Shown here piece by piece: positions 36,658-45,632 of a stretch of DNA of 64,000 nucleotides; within the stretch, counting starts at the first letter, position 1; each line of letters begins with the position of its first letter. Below the pieces are notes generated by a model. That model did not search any database. It saw only the letters and a program-made list of their open reading frames with translations, and was not told the origin of the DNA. The translations under genes were made by a program, and so were the position numbers. The DNA lies in the IMG/VR virus record IMGVR_UViG_3300023181_000025, positions 147,169 through 211,168 of that record, one strand, 5' to 3'.

Positions 36658-36713
36658 TGCTAAAAACGTAAAGTCCTTGACTTTACCGTGAGCAACCTTT
36701 AGATTGCGAACAT

Positions 36714-37049
36714 ATGAAATACATCGCGCCCATACTTATAAGTTCAGCAATGAGTCTAGTTTATTATTTGGCTTTTGCGCCTGAATATATTGTGTTTAAG
36801 ACAATCGCATGGGTTCTTATTTTTTTAAGTTTTATTGGACTATTTGTTCCGAGTTCATACAAAAAAGACAATTCAGAAATAAACATTTTTTTTAGAATTC
36901 TGTTTTTTACCTTTTTCAATACAATCAATTTGTTGATTATGTTTTCTTTCCCTTCTGGTGTTCAATACGGATTTTTATACCTAATTATTCAAATTGTTTT
37001 TTGGGGCATCAAAGCGGCAGTTTGGTCAAAAGAAAACGAAAATCATTAA
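36714..37049 (+). CDS. Membrane protein (4 TM)
   Basis: Hydrophobic; promoter at 36677. Confidence 0.65.
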   Translation: MKYIAPILISSAMSLVYYLAFAPEYIVFKTIAWVLIFLSFIGLFVPSSYKKDNSEINIFFRILFFTFFNTINLLIMFSFPSGVQYGFLYLIIQIVFWGIKAAVWSKENENH

Positions 37050-37050
37050 T

Positions 37051-37416
37051 ATGAAATACTCCAAAATTCAAATCATCGAAGAAATCGCGGCAAAGTATAA
37101 TAGTGACAATCGTTCTTATAAATCTATGGCGGGGTATGAAGTGTGCCAATACGATTTTCGTGGGAAACAATGTGCCGTAGGTCATTGCATGACAGAAGAA
37201 GGGCGGGATTTGGCCATGAGACAGTTATGGGAAGGCGTAGAGGATTTGGGAATTCGTCTTTTGGAGGGTAGCCTGAAGGAAGAATACAAGGGGCACGAAT
37301 TGGAGTTTTGGAGCGACCTTCAACGTTTTCATGATACAACCCAATATTGGAGATCCGAAGGACTTTCTCTTCGTGGTGAATTTTACAAACAAGAACTACT
37401 AATTAAATATGCTTGA
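37051..37416 (+). CDS. Paralog family A member
   Basis: CAVGHCMT; FWSDLQRFHD. Confidence 0.85.
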   Translation: MKYSKIQIIEEIAAKYNSDNRSYKSMAGYEVCQYDFRGKQCAVGHCMTEEGRDLAMRQLWEGVEDLGIRLLEGSLKEEYKGHELEFWSDLQRFHDTTQYWRSEGLSLRGEFYKQELLIKYA

Positions 37417-37609
37417 AAATCTAATTACCGCGATTGCGATTGGCACCCTAATAGCTTCTGGAGCGATTGTCTCTATAGGCGGGTTAGTTATTTTAGTTTG
37501 GGTAAGTAATCTTTATAACGGTTCTCAAGACAAATTAAAAGTTTCCTTCGGTTATTTTTTGGCTATTGGAATTTTTGTTGCTTCTTTAGCTTATTTACTA
37601 ATTAAATAA
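37409..37609 (+). CDS. Small membrane protein
   Basis: Two TM segments. Confidence 0.65.
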   Translation: MLENLITAIAIGTLIASGAIVSIGGLVILVWVSNLYNGSQDKLKVSFGYFLAIGIFVASLAYLLIK

Positions 37610-37629
37610 ATTATAAAAGGTTTAATGAT

Positions 37630-37911
37630 ATGAAAGTTGCGGTAGTTATTTTTGTTTTGCTTTTTGGATTTGCTAACGCTTCAATTCCTAACTACGCTCC
37701 TATTTTTCCTAGAATTGTAAGTGAGAAATATCTAAAAAGCCATAATTTGGAAGTTTTTGATAAAAAGGATAAAGAAAAAGTCCCGATGGTTATTCGGGTT
37801 TGTCCTCAAGAGGGTTGGCTAGAAAAGTGGGATATCATTTTAATTGAAAAGGATTTATTTTTGCGTATCGTGAGAATAAAAGGCGATTGGGGTATTCGAA
37901 ATAAGTCTTGA
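37630..37911 (+). CDS. Putative exported protein
   Basis: Signal peptide ending ANA. Confidence 0.55.
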   Translation: MKVAVVIFVLLFGFANASIPNYAPIFPRIVSEKYLKSHNLEVFDKKDKEKVPMVIRVCPQEGWLEKWDIILIEKDLFLRIVRIKGDWGIRNKS

Positions 37912-37955
37912 CAAATTGGCCGGGCAGTTTAAATTATACACATTAAGACATTAAC

Positions 37956-38477
37956 ATGAAAGTAATTAATAACAATATTGAAACTAAGATCGAAGACAAA
38001 TCCATTAAGGATATGACGGACGGGGAGATGGGCGTAATTACTCAATGGGGAACACTCCATAGTTATACTGGAAGGGTTATCCAAAGGTGTGGGAATAGAT
38101 TTATTTCTTTGGGGCAAGGGGCGGGCAAATCTTTTAATGGAATTTTGGGAAGCTCTCTAGATTTGGAGCTTCTGCGCGTTAAGCCGCTAGGTCCGGGTGA
38201 CATTATTAATGTTTCCGATCTAACGGTAACTTTTGCGGAACCGTCTGATGATAGCATTCCTGTAAACGAAATGGTGGACGGGGAAATCGCCATTATTAGC
38301 AAGTGGATAGATCCTAAACTAAATCTTGGTGTGGTCGTTAAAAGAGTGGGTGGAAACCTTGTTTCTTTACGGATTAAAAGTGGCGTTGGAGGAGTTTACC
38401 ACAATCTTTTTAGAGGGGAATTGCACCCACACCTTCGCGTTAAGATTTTGCCTCCCGGCACTCAAATTGAGATTTAA
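37956..38477 (+). CDS. Hypothetical protein with two internal repeats
   Basis: M.DGE...I..W...G.V..R.G....SL...LRVK.L.PG occurs twice. Confidence 0.75.
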   Translation: MKVINNNIETKIEDKSIKDMTDGEMGVITQWGTLHSYTGRVIQRCGNRFISLGQGAGKSFNGILGSSLDLELLRVKPLGPGDIINVSDLTVTFAEPSDDSIPVNEMVDGEIAIISKWIDPKLNLGVVVKRVGGNLVSLRIKSGVGGVYHNLFRGELHPHLRVKILPPGTQIEI

Positions 38478-38481
38478 AATT

Positions 38482-38730
38482 ATGAACGACGCTGAACTTA
38501 AAGAGCTTTTCAAAGATCTTAAATTTTATCAACTTGTTTCCACTGACTATGGCGGATCGCAAACCGTAGAGAAAATTTCCTGCTCTAAAGAGGATTTGGA
38601 GGAAATTATTGAGAAGGCTGGCCGGTATGAGCAATTTTGGTCCGCTAATTGGCATAAGCCAGAATTTGATTTTCTTCCCTACCCACGCTTTAGACATTGT
38701 TATGTAGAGATTGAAGAAGTTAAGAATTAA
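38482..38730 (+). CDS. Hypothetical protein
   Basis: Tiling. Confidence 0.6.
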   Translation: MNDAELKELFKDLKFYQLVSTDYGGSQTVEKISCSKEDLEEIIEKAGRYEQFWSANWHKPEFDFLPYPRFRHCYVEIEEVKN

Positions 38731-38733
38731 TAT

Positions 38734-39111
38734 ATGAACGTTAAAAGGAAAACAGATGTTATCCGCGAAACTGCGGAATTTTACAATCTTAATAATAGAG
38801 GTGTGGATGGTAATGGCCATTACCATTATCTAACCGATGATAAAAAGTGCGGCGTAGGTCGCTGCATGACGGATGAAGCCCTACAAAGGTCTCTGGAAGG
38901 ATGGCCGTCTATTGGATCTTTTGTCCAGTGGCAGATTGGCAGTGAATCTTATTTAAAAATTTTTAAACCCCAATATAAAATTGATGATATTCAATTTTGG
39001 GAAGACATTCAGGGCTTTCACGACGTAGATGACTATTGGAATGAAACTGGTCTTTCGGCAGAAGGTAAGAAAAAATATCAACGCCTTCTTGACAAATACC
39101 TCAATCAATAA
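38734..39111 (+). CDS. Paralog family A member
   Basis: CGVGRCMT; FWEDIQGFHD. Confidence 0.85.
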   Translation: MNVKRKTDVIRETAEFYNLNNRGVDGNGHYHYLTDDKKCGVGRCMTDEALQRSLEGWPSIGSFVQWQIGSESYLKIFKPQYKIDDIQFWEDIQGFHDVDDYWNETGLSAEGKKKYQRLLDKYLNQ

Positions 39112-39144
39112 TATAAAAGGCGCGAACCAAAACAACAAACCATC

Positions 39145-39405
39145 ATGGCACTTAAAGAAGTTAAATCATACAAAACCCGCGACAACGCGATCTTTGAAAG
39201 CAAGATTGAAGCTGAAAAGCACGAGGCCGCACTTACTTTGCGCGCCCTTGTTCAGCAAACCATTCGCACCGATTCGCTGAGTCCGCTGCAATTTGGAAAA
39301 TTCGCTGTTGACAATCTGGATTCTGTGATTGATACTCTAATCAATCTGCGGCGCAAGGTTAACGCAGCGGGCCGCACTCGCAAGCCCCCTGAAAATCTCG
39401 GTTGA
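39145..39405 (+). CDS. Hypothetical phage protein
   Basis: Y.T.D...F....EAE.HE; CAA-rich leader. Confidence 0.75.
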   Translation: MALKEVKSYKTRDNAIFESKIEAEKHEAALTLRALVQQTIRTDSLSPLQFGKFAVDNLDSVIDTLINLRRKVNAAGRTRKPPENLG

Positions 39406-39557
39406 ATAGCTGGCCCCGCTTCTCGCTTGTTTTTTATTTCCTATTTTTCGAGTGAGAGGCGGGAAAGATTTTGTTGACAAACTCTTTTTTAAATGAAAAT
39501 AATTCAATCAGTATTGCTCCTTGAAGGGGAGCTTGTATTTCACAAATAAAATCTCCA

Positions 39558-39905
39558 ATGAATCCAAACACCGATCAACTACTCAGAGAGCTTTCCCAAA
39601 AGCTCGGCATAAGCATTCAATTTATTCTTGATGCATATGTTAAACAAGCATATGTTTATGGCTGGACGGCTATTGGAAGTTATATTTTCTCAATCGCGGT
39701 AATTCTGTCTTTTTTCGCTTTCACTAGGTTTAAGCAAAAAGAATTTGAGGAACGGGGCAAAAACTTCGACAAGGAAAATTATCTTTTTCCTAGCTTTCTC
39801 GCGGGTATTTTTATTATTGCATTTTTGTGTTCTGTTGGGAGCGTGATCAGTGCTTTCGCGAACCCTCAATATTGGGCGCTTAAGGAACTTCTTTCTAATT
39901 TTTAA
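39558..39905 (+). CDS. Membrane protein (2 TM)
   Basis: L..KLG...NPQYWAL. Confidence 0.75.
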   Translation: MNPNTDQLLRELSQKLGISIQFILDAYVKQAYVYGWTAIGSYIFSIAVILSFFAFTRFKQKEFEERGKNFDKENYLFPSFLAGIFIIAFLCSVGSVISAFANPQYWALKELLSNF

Positions 39906-39908
39906 TTT

Positions 39909-40322
39909 ATGAAAACTAAAATTAAAGTCATTAACGAAACTGCGGCACATTACAATTCTAATAATCGTGGAAACGATGGATTGAGCTGTGTGTATGATGC
40001 GGGTGATGGGAACAGGTGTGCGGTAGGTAGGTGCATGACGCCCGAGGCATTGGAAAAGTCTTTGTTTGTTTTGCATAGTAATTATGCTTGGGGAAGCGTA
40101 AGAAACATTGAGGCCAACATTGAAAACCATTTGTTTCAATTCCCAGAAGGAGCGAAAAGTTTTCTTGATCTTCTTAGGGAAGAATACCAAATTGATGATC
40201 TTAAATTTTGGAAAGATCTCCAGCAATTTCATGATGAGGGGTCTAATTGGGACGACCAAGGCCTTTCCGAGCGAGGGAAAAAGGCTTATAAGATTCTGCT
40301 TGACCAATATAAGGGTCAATGA
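39909..40322 (+). CDS. Paralog family A member
   Basis: CAVGRCMT; FWKDLQQFHD. Confidence 0.85.
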   Translation: MKTKIKVINETAAHYNSNNRGNDGLSCVYDAGDGNRCAVGRCMTPEALEKSLFVLHSNYAWGSVRNIEANIENHLFQFPEGAKSFLDLLREEYQIDDLKFWKDLQQFHDEGSNWDDQGLSERGKKAYKILLDQYKGQ

Positions 40323-40355
40323 TAGAGTGAGTTTGTCGTTAGGAAAAACATTTAT

Positions 40356-40658
40356 ATGAAACTTAATATTCCCCGCGCCACGGCGCTCCAAATGCTTGCC
40401 GAAAGCGAATCTTTCCGTGAATTTATTGTTGACAATTTCGTTGGAATTGACAATGTATCTCAAACCGCCACTGAAGAGTTTAAGGATAGAATCCGTTTCA
40501 TTAAGATGGCTAGCCCTATTCAAGCTATCAAAGTAGTTAGAGAGGCCTTTGGCACTAGTGAAGAAGCTGTTGCAAGGTTGGCGGCAAAGGATTTTGGAAT
40601 TGTTTTTGGTGATAATTTCGGTCTTTTGGATGCAAAAAGATTTGTAGAAAGACTTTGA
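40356..40658 (+). CDS. Protein with ribosomal bL12 (L7/L12) C-terminal-domain-like motif
   Basis: IQAIKVVRE...FGLLDAKRFVE versus bL12 KI.VIK.VRE...GLKEAK.LVE. Confidence 0.65.
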   Translation: MKLNIPRATALQMLAESESFREFIVDNFVGIDNVSQTATEEFKDRIRFIKMASPIQAIKVVREAFGTSEEAVARLAAKDFGIVFGDNFGLLDAKRFVERL

Positions 40659-40661
40659 CAA

Positions 40662-40874
40662 ATGAAACCGCGTTATATTATCTTCTGGCATGGCGTGACG
40701 CCAAAGATTGAAGAAAAAATTAAAGAAATCTGCGGTGATAAAATGGAATTTGCTGATAGTTATTTTTATTCTGGAAGTATTGACAATTTCATTGACAAAT
40801 GGCTAGGAGGGCCTATTATGGTAACAGATCAGTGGATCGCAGTCACACAATATGGTAGGTTTGATGCGCGATAG
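40662..40874 (+). CDS. Hypothetical protein
   Basis: Tiling. Confidence 0.6.
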   Translation: MKPRYIIFWHGVTPKIEEKIKEICGDKMEFADSYFYSGSIDNFIDKWLGGPIMVTDQWIAVTQYGRFDAR

Positions 40875-40899
40875 ATAGTAAATAGATTTTTATAAAAAC

Positions 40900-40981
40900 G
40901 GTCCGTTGCCCAAATTGGTAAAGGGAACATCTTTAAACGGTGTCGCGTAACAGCTTCTCGGTTCGAGTCCGAGGCGGACTA
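40900..40981 (+). tRNA. tRNA-Leu(TAA)
   Basis: GGTCCGT/GCGGACT acceptor, ACATC-TTTAAAC-GGTGT, long variable arm, CTCGG-TTCGAGT-CCGAG; CCA not encoded. Confidence 0.92.
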
Positions 40982-41596
40982 CTTATTTTTACCTTTGTTT
41001 TTGCCGCAATAAGTTTCCGTAAGGGAATGGCAATTAGGACAAAGAAATCGAAGGTTTGACAGTTCATTGTTGGAGTTGTCCCCATCTATATGGTCCAAGT
41101 GAAGAGAGAGTTTAATTCCTCGCCATTCTGTAAGGAAACACTCATCACATATATAAGGAATAAGACCGTATTTAAGAATTTTTCGTTTTAGATTTGTGCT
41201 ATGGAGAGTTCCATCTTTAACAAAAGATTCCTCTATAGATTTTTCTGGTGCATATATATTTGTCTTATTTTTTAAATGCCCCTGACCAGTAAAATGGGAG
41301 GTGTCCAAGCACAGTGATTTTATTCTATTATAAAAAATTCTATAATTGCCTCCCCTAGGAACAATGTCACATTTCTTTAAAACCTCGGCGACTGAAAAAC
41401 TTTCAGCAACATATTGAGAAAATAATTCATTATCAACTTTTGCCGTTGAATGTTTGGATTTAATTTTATCCTTGCTGGTCTTTCCTTTGCACCAGTCCAT
41501 AACAGTTGAGCGATTTACCCCTGTTTGTCTGGATATTTCACAGTAATTTAAACCCTTTTCCCTTAATTTTAATACATTTTCAAATAATTCATTCAT
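40979..41596 (-). CDS. HTH + HNH endonuclease
   Basis: GLNY.EISR.TGVNRSTV..W; C..C...W....L.LHLDHIDG...NN...NLR.LCPNCHS.T. Confidence 0.92.
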   Translation of the reverse strand: MNELFENVLKLREKGLNYCEISRQTGVNRSTVMDWCKGKTSKDKIKSKHSTAKVDNELFSQYVAESFSVAEVLKKCDIVPRGGNYRIFYNRIKSLCLDTSHFTGQGHLKNKTNIYAPEKSIEESFVKDGTLHSTNLKRKILKYGLIPYICDECFLTEWRGIKLSLHLDHIDGDNSNNELSNLRFLCPNCHSLTETYCGKNKGKNK

Positions 41597-41725
41597 GATG
41601 AAATTAATTACACTCACCATGGTGAAATGTGAACTAGGGCAATTTCTCTGTTGACATTCACCCCATCTTAACCCATTCTATCCAAAGATGAGCTAGGAAC
41701 AAAAGCCTTTAAATATCAAATCAAC

Positions 41726-41968
41726 ATGAAATTTCAATTCTTTAACTACTTCACAAAATCATGGATGAGCGAACAGTCCTTTGCCATTTCTTCCGGGGAG
41801 GTCTATGGACTTATTCATAATTTTCCAGACGTAAATGACGAAGCTTTGGGCGATGTTCCCATTCACGGATTTCTATATCTAAACGGAATTTTTCTAAAAT
41901 CTACAGTTTTGATTAATGGCGAAGTAATTGTGCCGCCGCCGCATTTTATCGTCCCGAGAGGGTTTTAA
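41726..41968 (+). CDS. Hypothetical protein
   Basis: ORF after promoter at 41651. Confidence 0.55.
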   Translation: MKFQFFNYFTKSWMSEQSFAISSGEVYGLIHNFPDVNDEALGDVPIHGFLYLNGIFLKSTVLINGEVIVPPPHFIVPRGF

Positions 41969-42009
41969 CTCTTGACTCTCGCCCGAATTAAACTAAATTT
42001 ATTCAAATT

Positions 42010-42267
42010 ATGACACCCGAAACCAAACAATACGCCAAGGAAACCTTGGCCAGAGCGGAAAGGGCTATTAAACTAGCAGACGATAGCAAAAAGAAAGGTA
42101 AATTTGCCCGCGAAATTACCTACTACTCTTCCGAAGTTGCGTTTCGTATGCCTATTGTTAAGAATAATGTGGACGCGGCAATTGTTACCTATCACGCCAA
42201 TATCCTTCGCAATGATACGGTAACTCTCAGGGGGTATTTGGCCTTGGACGCGGAAGAAACAATTTGA
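42010..42267 (+). CDS. Hypothetical protein
   Basis: Own TTGACT promoter. Confidence 0.6.
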   Translation: MTPETKQYAKETLARAERAIKLADDSKKKGKFAREITYYSSEVAFRMPIVKNNVDAAIVTYHANILRNDTVTLRGYLALDAEETI

Positions 42268-42277
42268 AAATATTTAT

Positions 42278-42484
42278 ATGAAATACATTATCGCTTTTAT
42301 AGCTTTTATCGTGCTTGTCCCAACCCTTTCAGTGGTTTGGCTTGTTCATTATAGTAACGCTAACGAGGCCATGGGGACCGTCTTAGTAGAATCCAATGAA
42401 GACGTGCGGCTTTACAAACGCTGGGATTCAAATAACGCAGAGTGGATCTATTTCACAAACAAGGGGAATGTTTATTCTAAATAA
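42278..42484 (+). CDS. Small membrane-anchored protein (DUF4884-like), paralog of 57486
   Basis: TM helix then V.LY...D....WIYF. Confidence 0.65.
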   Translation: MKYIIAFIAFIVLVPTLSVVWLVHYSNANEAMGTVLVESNEDVRLYKRWDSNNAEWIYFTNKGNVYSK

Positions 42485-42562
42485 ATATAAAAATCTATTA
42501 AATTTTGGGGAAGCAAGAAATTCCTCATTGACATTCGCAAAGAATCTTGATATTTTAACTCT

Positions 42563-42931
42563 ATGACTAAGCAAGCAATTATCGAAGAAACTGCCGCATT
42601 TTACAATAGCGGTAATCGCGGGCAAACCTCTATTGGCTATATTTATGTAAATAAATATGGTAACAAATGTGGGGTAGGTCGCTGTATGACAGATGACGGC
42701 ATCGCAGTGTTTGGGGGATTTGGGGATGATGTTATTGAACTTGAAAAAAAGGTTAAGGATTCCTATAGCGGCCTTGATGATATTTTGAAAGAGGAATATC
42801 GCGGCCATTCGGTTGATTTCTGGGCGGACATCCAAGGGTTTCATGACAATAGCGAGAATTGGGATAAAGAAGGAATTTCGTTTCGGGGTTTAGCATCTAA
42901 AGCATTCCTTCTTGAAAAATATTCCAGTTGA
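42563..42931 (+). CDS. Paralog family A member
   Basis: CGVGRCMT; FWADIQGFHD. Confidence 0.85.
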   Translation: MTKQAIIEETAAFYNSGNRGQTSIGYIYVNKYGNKCGVGRCMTDDGIAVFGGFGDDVIELEKKVKDSYSGLDDILKEEYRGHSVDFWADIQGFHDNSENWDKEGISFRGLASKAFLLEKYSS

Positions 42932-42961
42932 CACTTAGCAAAATCCTAATACCTTCATTTT

Positions 42962-43345
42962 ATGAACAAAGAATCAATTATCGAAGAGACGGCGAATTAT
43001 TACAATTCGGAGAATCGTTCACTTAATAGTGGTGGGACCGGATGCTCGTATCTTGGCTCAAATGGAACTTGGTGCGGTTTCTCTAGGTGTTGCAAAAATG
43101 ACGCCAAGACTATAGAGTCTCTTGAGGCTATGGATGATGTAGTAGGAACCCTGAATTGTTATGAACTTGATAAAAATGAGATTTCGTATGAAGAACTTCT
43201 CCAAGATCAATACAAAGGACACGAATTGGAATTTTGGAGAGACGTTCAGTTTCTCCATGACGGAAAAGAAAATTGGAATAAGTCTGGTCTGAGTGAAAAG
43301 GGGCAAAAATTTAAGGATAGGCTTATTGGAAAGTGGCGAGAGTAA
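42962..43345 (+). CDS. Paralog family A member
   Basis: CGFSRC; FWRDVQFLHD. Confidence 0.85.
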   Translation: MNKESIIEETANYYNSENRSLNSGGTGCSYLGSNGTWCGFSRCCKNDAKTIESLEAMDDVVGTLNCYELDKNEISYEELLQDQYKGHELEFWRDVQFLHDGKENWNKSGLSEKGQKFKDRLIGKWRE

Positions 43346-43394
43346 AAGAAAATATTAATATGAATGGCACGCGCGAATGGTGGGACAATATTAT

Positions 43395-43583
43395 ATGGCA
43401 ACAGGAAAAATGATCTCCCTCACAAGCGAAGAGGCAATTGAAATTTTAATTCGAATTAATGAAATTTCCTGCGTTAGGCAATATTCGAATGGGACAAAAG
43501 TAGTCATGGAAAATGGTGATTTCGAATTCGTAAAAGAATCTGCGGGTCATATCCAAGAAATAATTAACGAAATCGAACAATGA
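43395..43583 (+). CDS. FlbD/SwrD-like small protein
   Basis: I.LT......I....I..V......T...M.NG....VKES...I. Confidence 0.55.
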   Translation: MATGKMISLTSEEAIEILIRINEISCVRQYSNGTKVVMENGDFEFVKESAGHIQEIINEIEQ

Positions 43584-43762
43584 AACGCCAATTTATTAAA
43601 CTCACCGTTAAAACTTCGGGCCTTGATATTCTAATCCCCGTAGATTCTATTGTTAAAATTTCTGAACCCGCCCATGATAATGGGGCACACGTTTATCGCG
43701 AAAATTCCGAAATGCTCCATACGCGAGAAAATATCGAAAATATTATCGAACTTTTGAAATAA
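43580..43762 (+). CDS. FlbD/SwrD-like small protein, tandem paralog
   Basis: FIKLT...I.I..DSI..I.E...RE..E.I. Confidence 0.55.
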   Translation: MKRQFIKLTVKTSGLDILIPVDSIVKISEPAHDNGAHVYRENSEMLHTRENIENIIELLK

Positions 43763-43763
43763 T

Positions 43764-44003
43764 ATGATTTATTTGATTCTGTATGCTATCGCGGGGATCG
43801 TGGTTTTCTTTATTAATATCATTTATAATATGAAAAAGAATACATATAAAGGGCTTCACGATTTCTATATTATTGCTGGTATAGTATGGCCGATAACAAT
43901 TTTCGCGGTTCTCTTCGATTTTCTTCGTCCATTTTTGGAAAACTTGTGGATTAAAATTGAAACCATTCTTTACAAAATATCTGGGAAAACCAAAAACTCA
44001 TGA
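43764..44003 (+). CDS. Membrane protein, tandem paralog
   Basis: Y...G...WP...LW.KIE..LYK.SGK. Confidence 0.7.
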   Translation: MIYLILYAIAGIVVFFINIIYNMKKNTYKGLHDFYIIAGIVWPITIFAVLFDFLRPFLENLWIKIETILYKISGKTKNS

Positions 44004-44239
44004 CTCTTTATATTATTTTAGCTTATATTTTAATTGGATTTTTAATGTTTTGCGCATTGATTGTCTATGACATGCGATCAGGCGAATATTTTGGATTTAG
44101 TGGAGTCTATCTTCTTGGGTGGGTTCTTTGGCCCATCTTTGCTATTTCTTATATACTTTTCGAAATCCTCCCATTTCTTTGGGAAAAGTTTGAAAATCTT
44201 TTATATAAGTTTTCTGGAAAACAACGGGGGGAGACTTAA
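44000..44239 (+). CDS. Membrane protein, tandem paralog
   Basis: Y...G...WP...LWEKFE..LYK.SGK. Confidence 0.7.
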   Translation: MTLYIILAYILIGFLMFCALIVYDMRSGEYFGFSGVYLLGWVLWPIFAISYILFEILPFLWEKFENLLYKFSGKQRGET

Positions 44240-44244
44240 TCCTT

Positions 44245-44502
44245 ATGAATGAGCAATTAGAAGCGTTCGCTCGCAAAAAACTTCTAGAAGGTCTGCTAAA
44301 ATGTAGCGATTCCGAACAACTTATTTTTAAGCGAATGTATTCTCATAAAAATCTTGACAACCCTATTTCAAATGTGGTCGCCGAAATGGCGACCGATAAG
44401 CTAAATTGGGCACTTAGTCAAGTTGAAGCTACCCTTAAGAACAAGAGAAAAAGAGAGCGAGAAATTTCTAAAAATGCAATTGACTTTTTGAGAATCCTTT
44501 AG
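44245..44502 (+). CDS. Hypothetical phage protein
   Basis: FKRMYS...KL.WA..QV. Confidence 0.7.
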   Translation: MNEQLEAFARKKLLEGLLKCSDSEQLIFKRMYSHKNLDNPISNVVAEMATDKLNWALSQVEATLKNKRKREREISKNAIDFLRIL

Positions 44503-44609
44503 TAATTTAACTGCATATGAATGACACGTTCTCTATTATCGTTCTTTTAATTCTATTGGTTCTCTTTGGAATCGCCTATATTACCAAATAAAATTAAAAA
44601 TATTTTTAT

Positions 44610-45011
44610 ATGCCCTGCAATTGTGATTATATGGAGCCAAGCGAGAGTGAATTTCAATCCCAGCTTACTTGTCAGCACATTCAATATGTTCTAAAAACTT
44701 TGGACCGCCCTGTTCCACAATGGATCAAGGACGCCGCGAAAAATAGTTACGGGAATCCCAGCCGACTTAACGAGGCCGTAGTGACTCTTTGTGACTTGTG
44801 CCATGAACTTACCACCGAGCAAGAGGGCGCAATCATTTATGACGGGCGCAATCCAAGGGCGCGAGCACTCGCTGATTGGTGGGATCGCCATAAGGCGGCA
44901 GACAAAGCGCGAAAGAAAAAAGAACGGGAAGAGAAAAATAAACTAAAAGCAATTGCCTCGGCGAAAGACAAGCTAACCGCTGACGAGAAAAAGGCTTTGG
45001 GAATTGCGTGA
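44610..45011 (+). CDS. Hypothetical phage protein
   Basis: MPC.CDY...LC...WW..HK..D...KLT..EK.ALG. Confidence 0.75.
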   Translation: MPCNCDYMEPSESEFQSQLTCQHIQYVLKTLDRPVPQWIKDAAKNSYGNPSRLNEAVVTLCDLCHELTTEQEGAIIYDGRNPRARALADWWDRHKAADKARKKKEREEKNKLKAIASAKDKLTADEKKALGIA

Positions 45012-45053
45012 ATTCATATTGACAATTTGCTGCATATTGGATAATTTACACCC

Positions 45054-45632
45054 ATGGAACTGTCCCTTAAAACCTTAAAAGATCGAAAGAAAGTCGCCGA
45101 GCACCTTCGGGAAAGGGCAAAAGATCCGGGTGAGGATAGTTATTATCAATATGGTTTGTTTCTAATTAAAAATACTCCAAATGCACTTGAGAAAGCGGCC
45201 AAGCTAATTACACGTAGCGGGCCATCATTTTATAAAATTAAGCCAAGCGACGGGTCAGCGCAGGCTTTGACATTTTACGGTTCATACCAAAAGAATATTG
45301 AAGCCATTGTTCGGCAATTGGAAATCCAGAGGGAATATATGGAGCCTTCTCAGGTAATTGCATGTGAGAGGCAATTGGTAATTCTTAAAAATCTAAGACA
45401 GGCAGAAACAATTGAGAATCTAAGACGCTCTCTTTCTATAGATCTACGAAATTCTATTTATTATCTTAATGTAGAAACGGAGCGCCTGACGCGCACGCGG
45501 GGCGCAAAGCTTATTGAGGAAAGAAAATCAAAAATTGAAAAATTAAAAAAATCTTTCGAACAGGAACTTGATAAATTCGCGCAAGACGATCAGGAATTGA
45601 TTGAAAACATTTATAAATATCTAATATTGTGA
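45054..45632 (+). CDS. Coiled-coil hypothetical protein
   Basis: Leaderless after promoter at 45019. Confidence 0.65.
   Translation: MELSLKTLKDRKKVAEHLRERAKDPGEDSYYQYGLFLIKNTPNALEKAAKLITRSGPSFYKIKPSDGSAQALTFYGSYQKNIEAIVRQLEIQREYMEPSQVIACERQLVILKNLRQAETIENLRRSLSIDLRNSIYYLNVETERLTRTRGAKLIEERKSKIEKLKKSFEQELDKFAQDDQELIENIYKYLIL

Noticed and set aside
39690-40691. 333-aa minus-strand ORF and the many other antisense ORFs in the track
   Set aside because: They shadow well-supported + genes (family A, bL12-like) and have no motifs or promoters.
24575-41596. HNH proteins as IscB/Cas9-like RNA-guided nucleases
   Set aside because: Too short (about 175-205 aa), no RuvC or PLMP motifs; they look like HTH-HNH homing-type enzymes.
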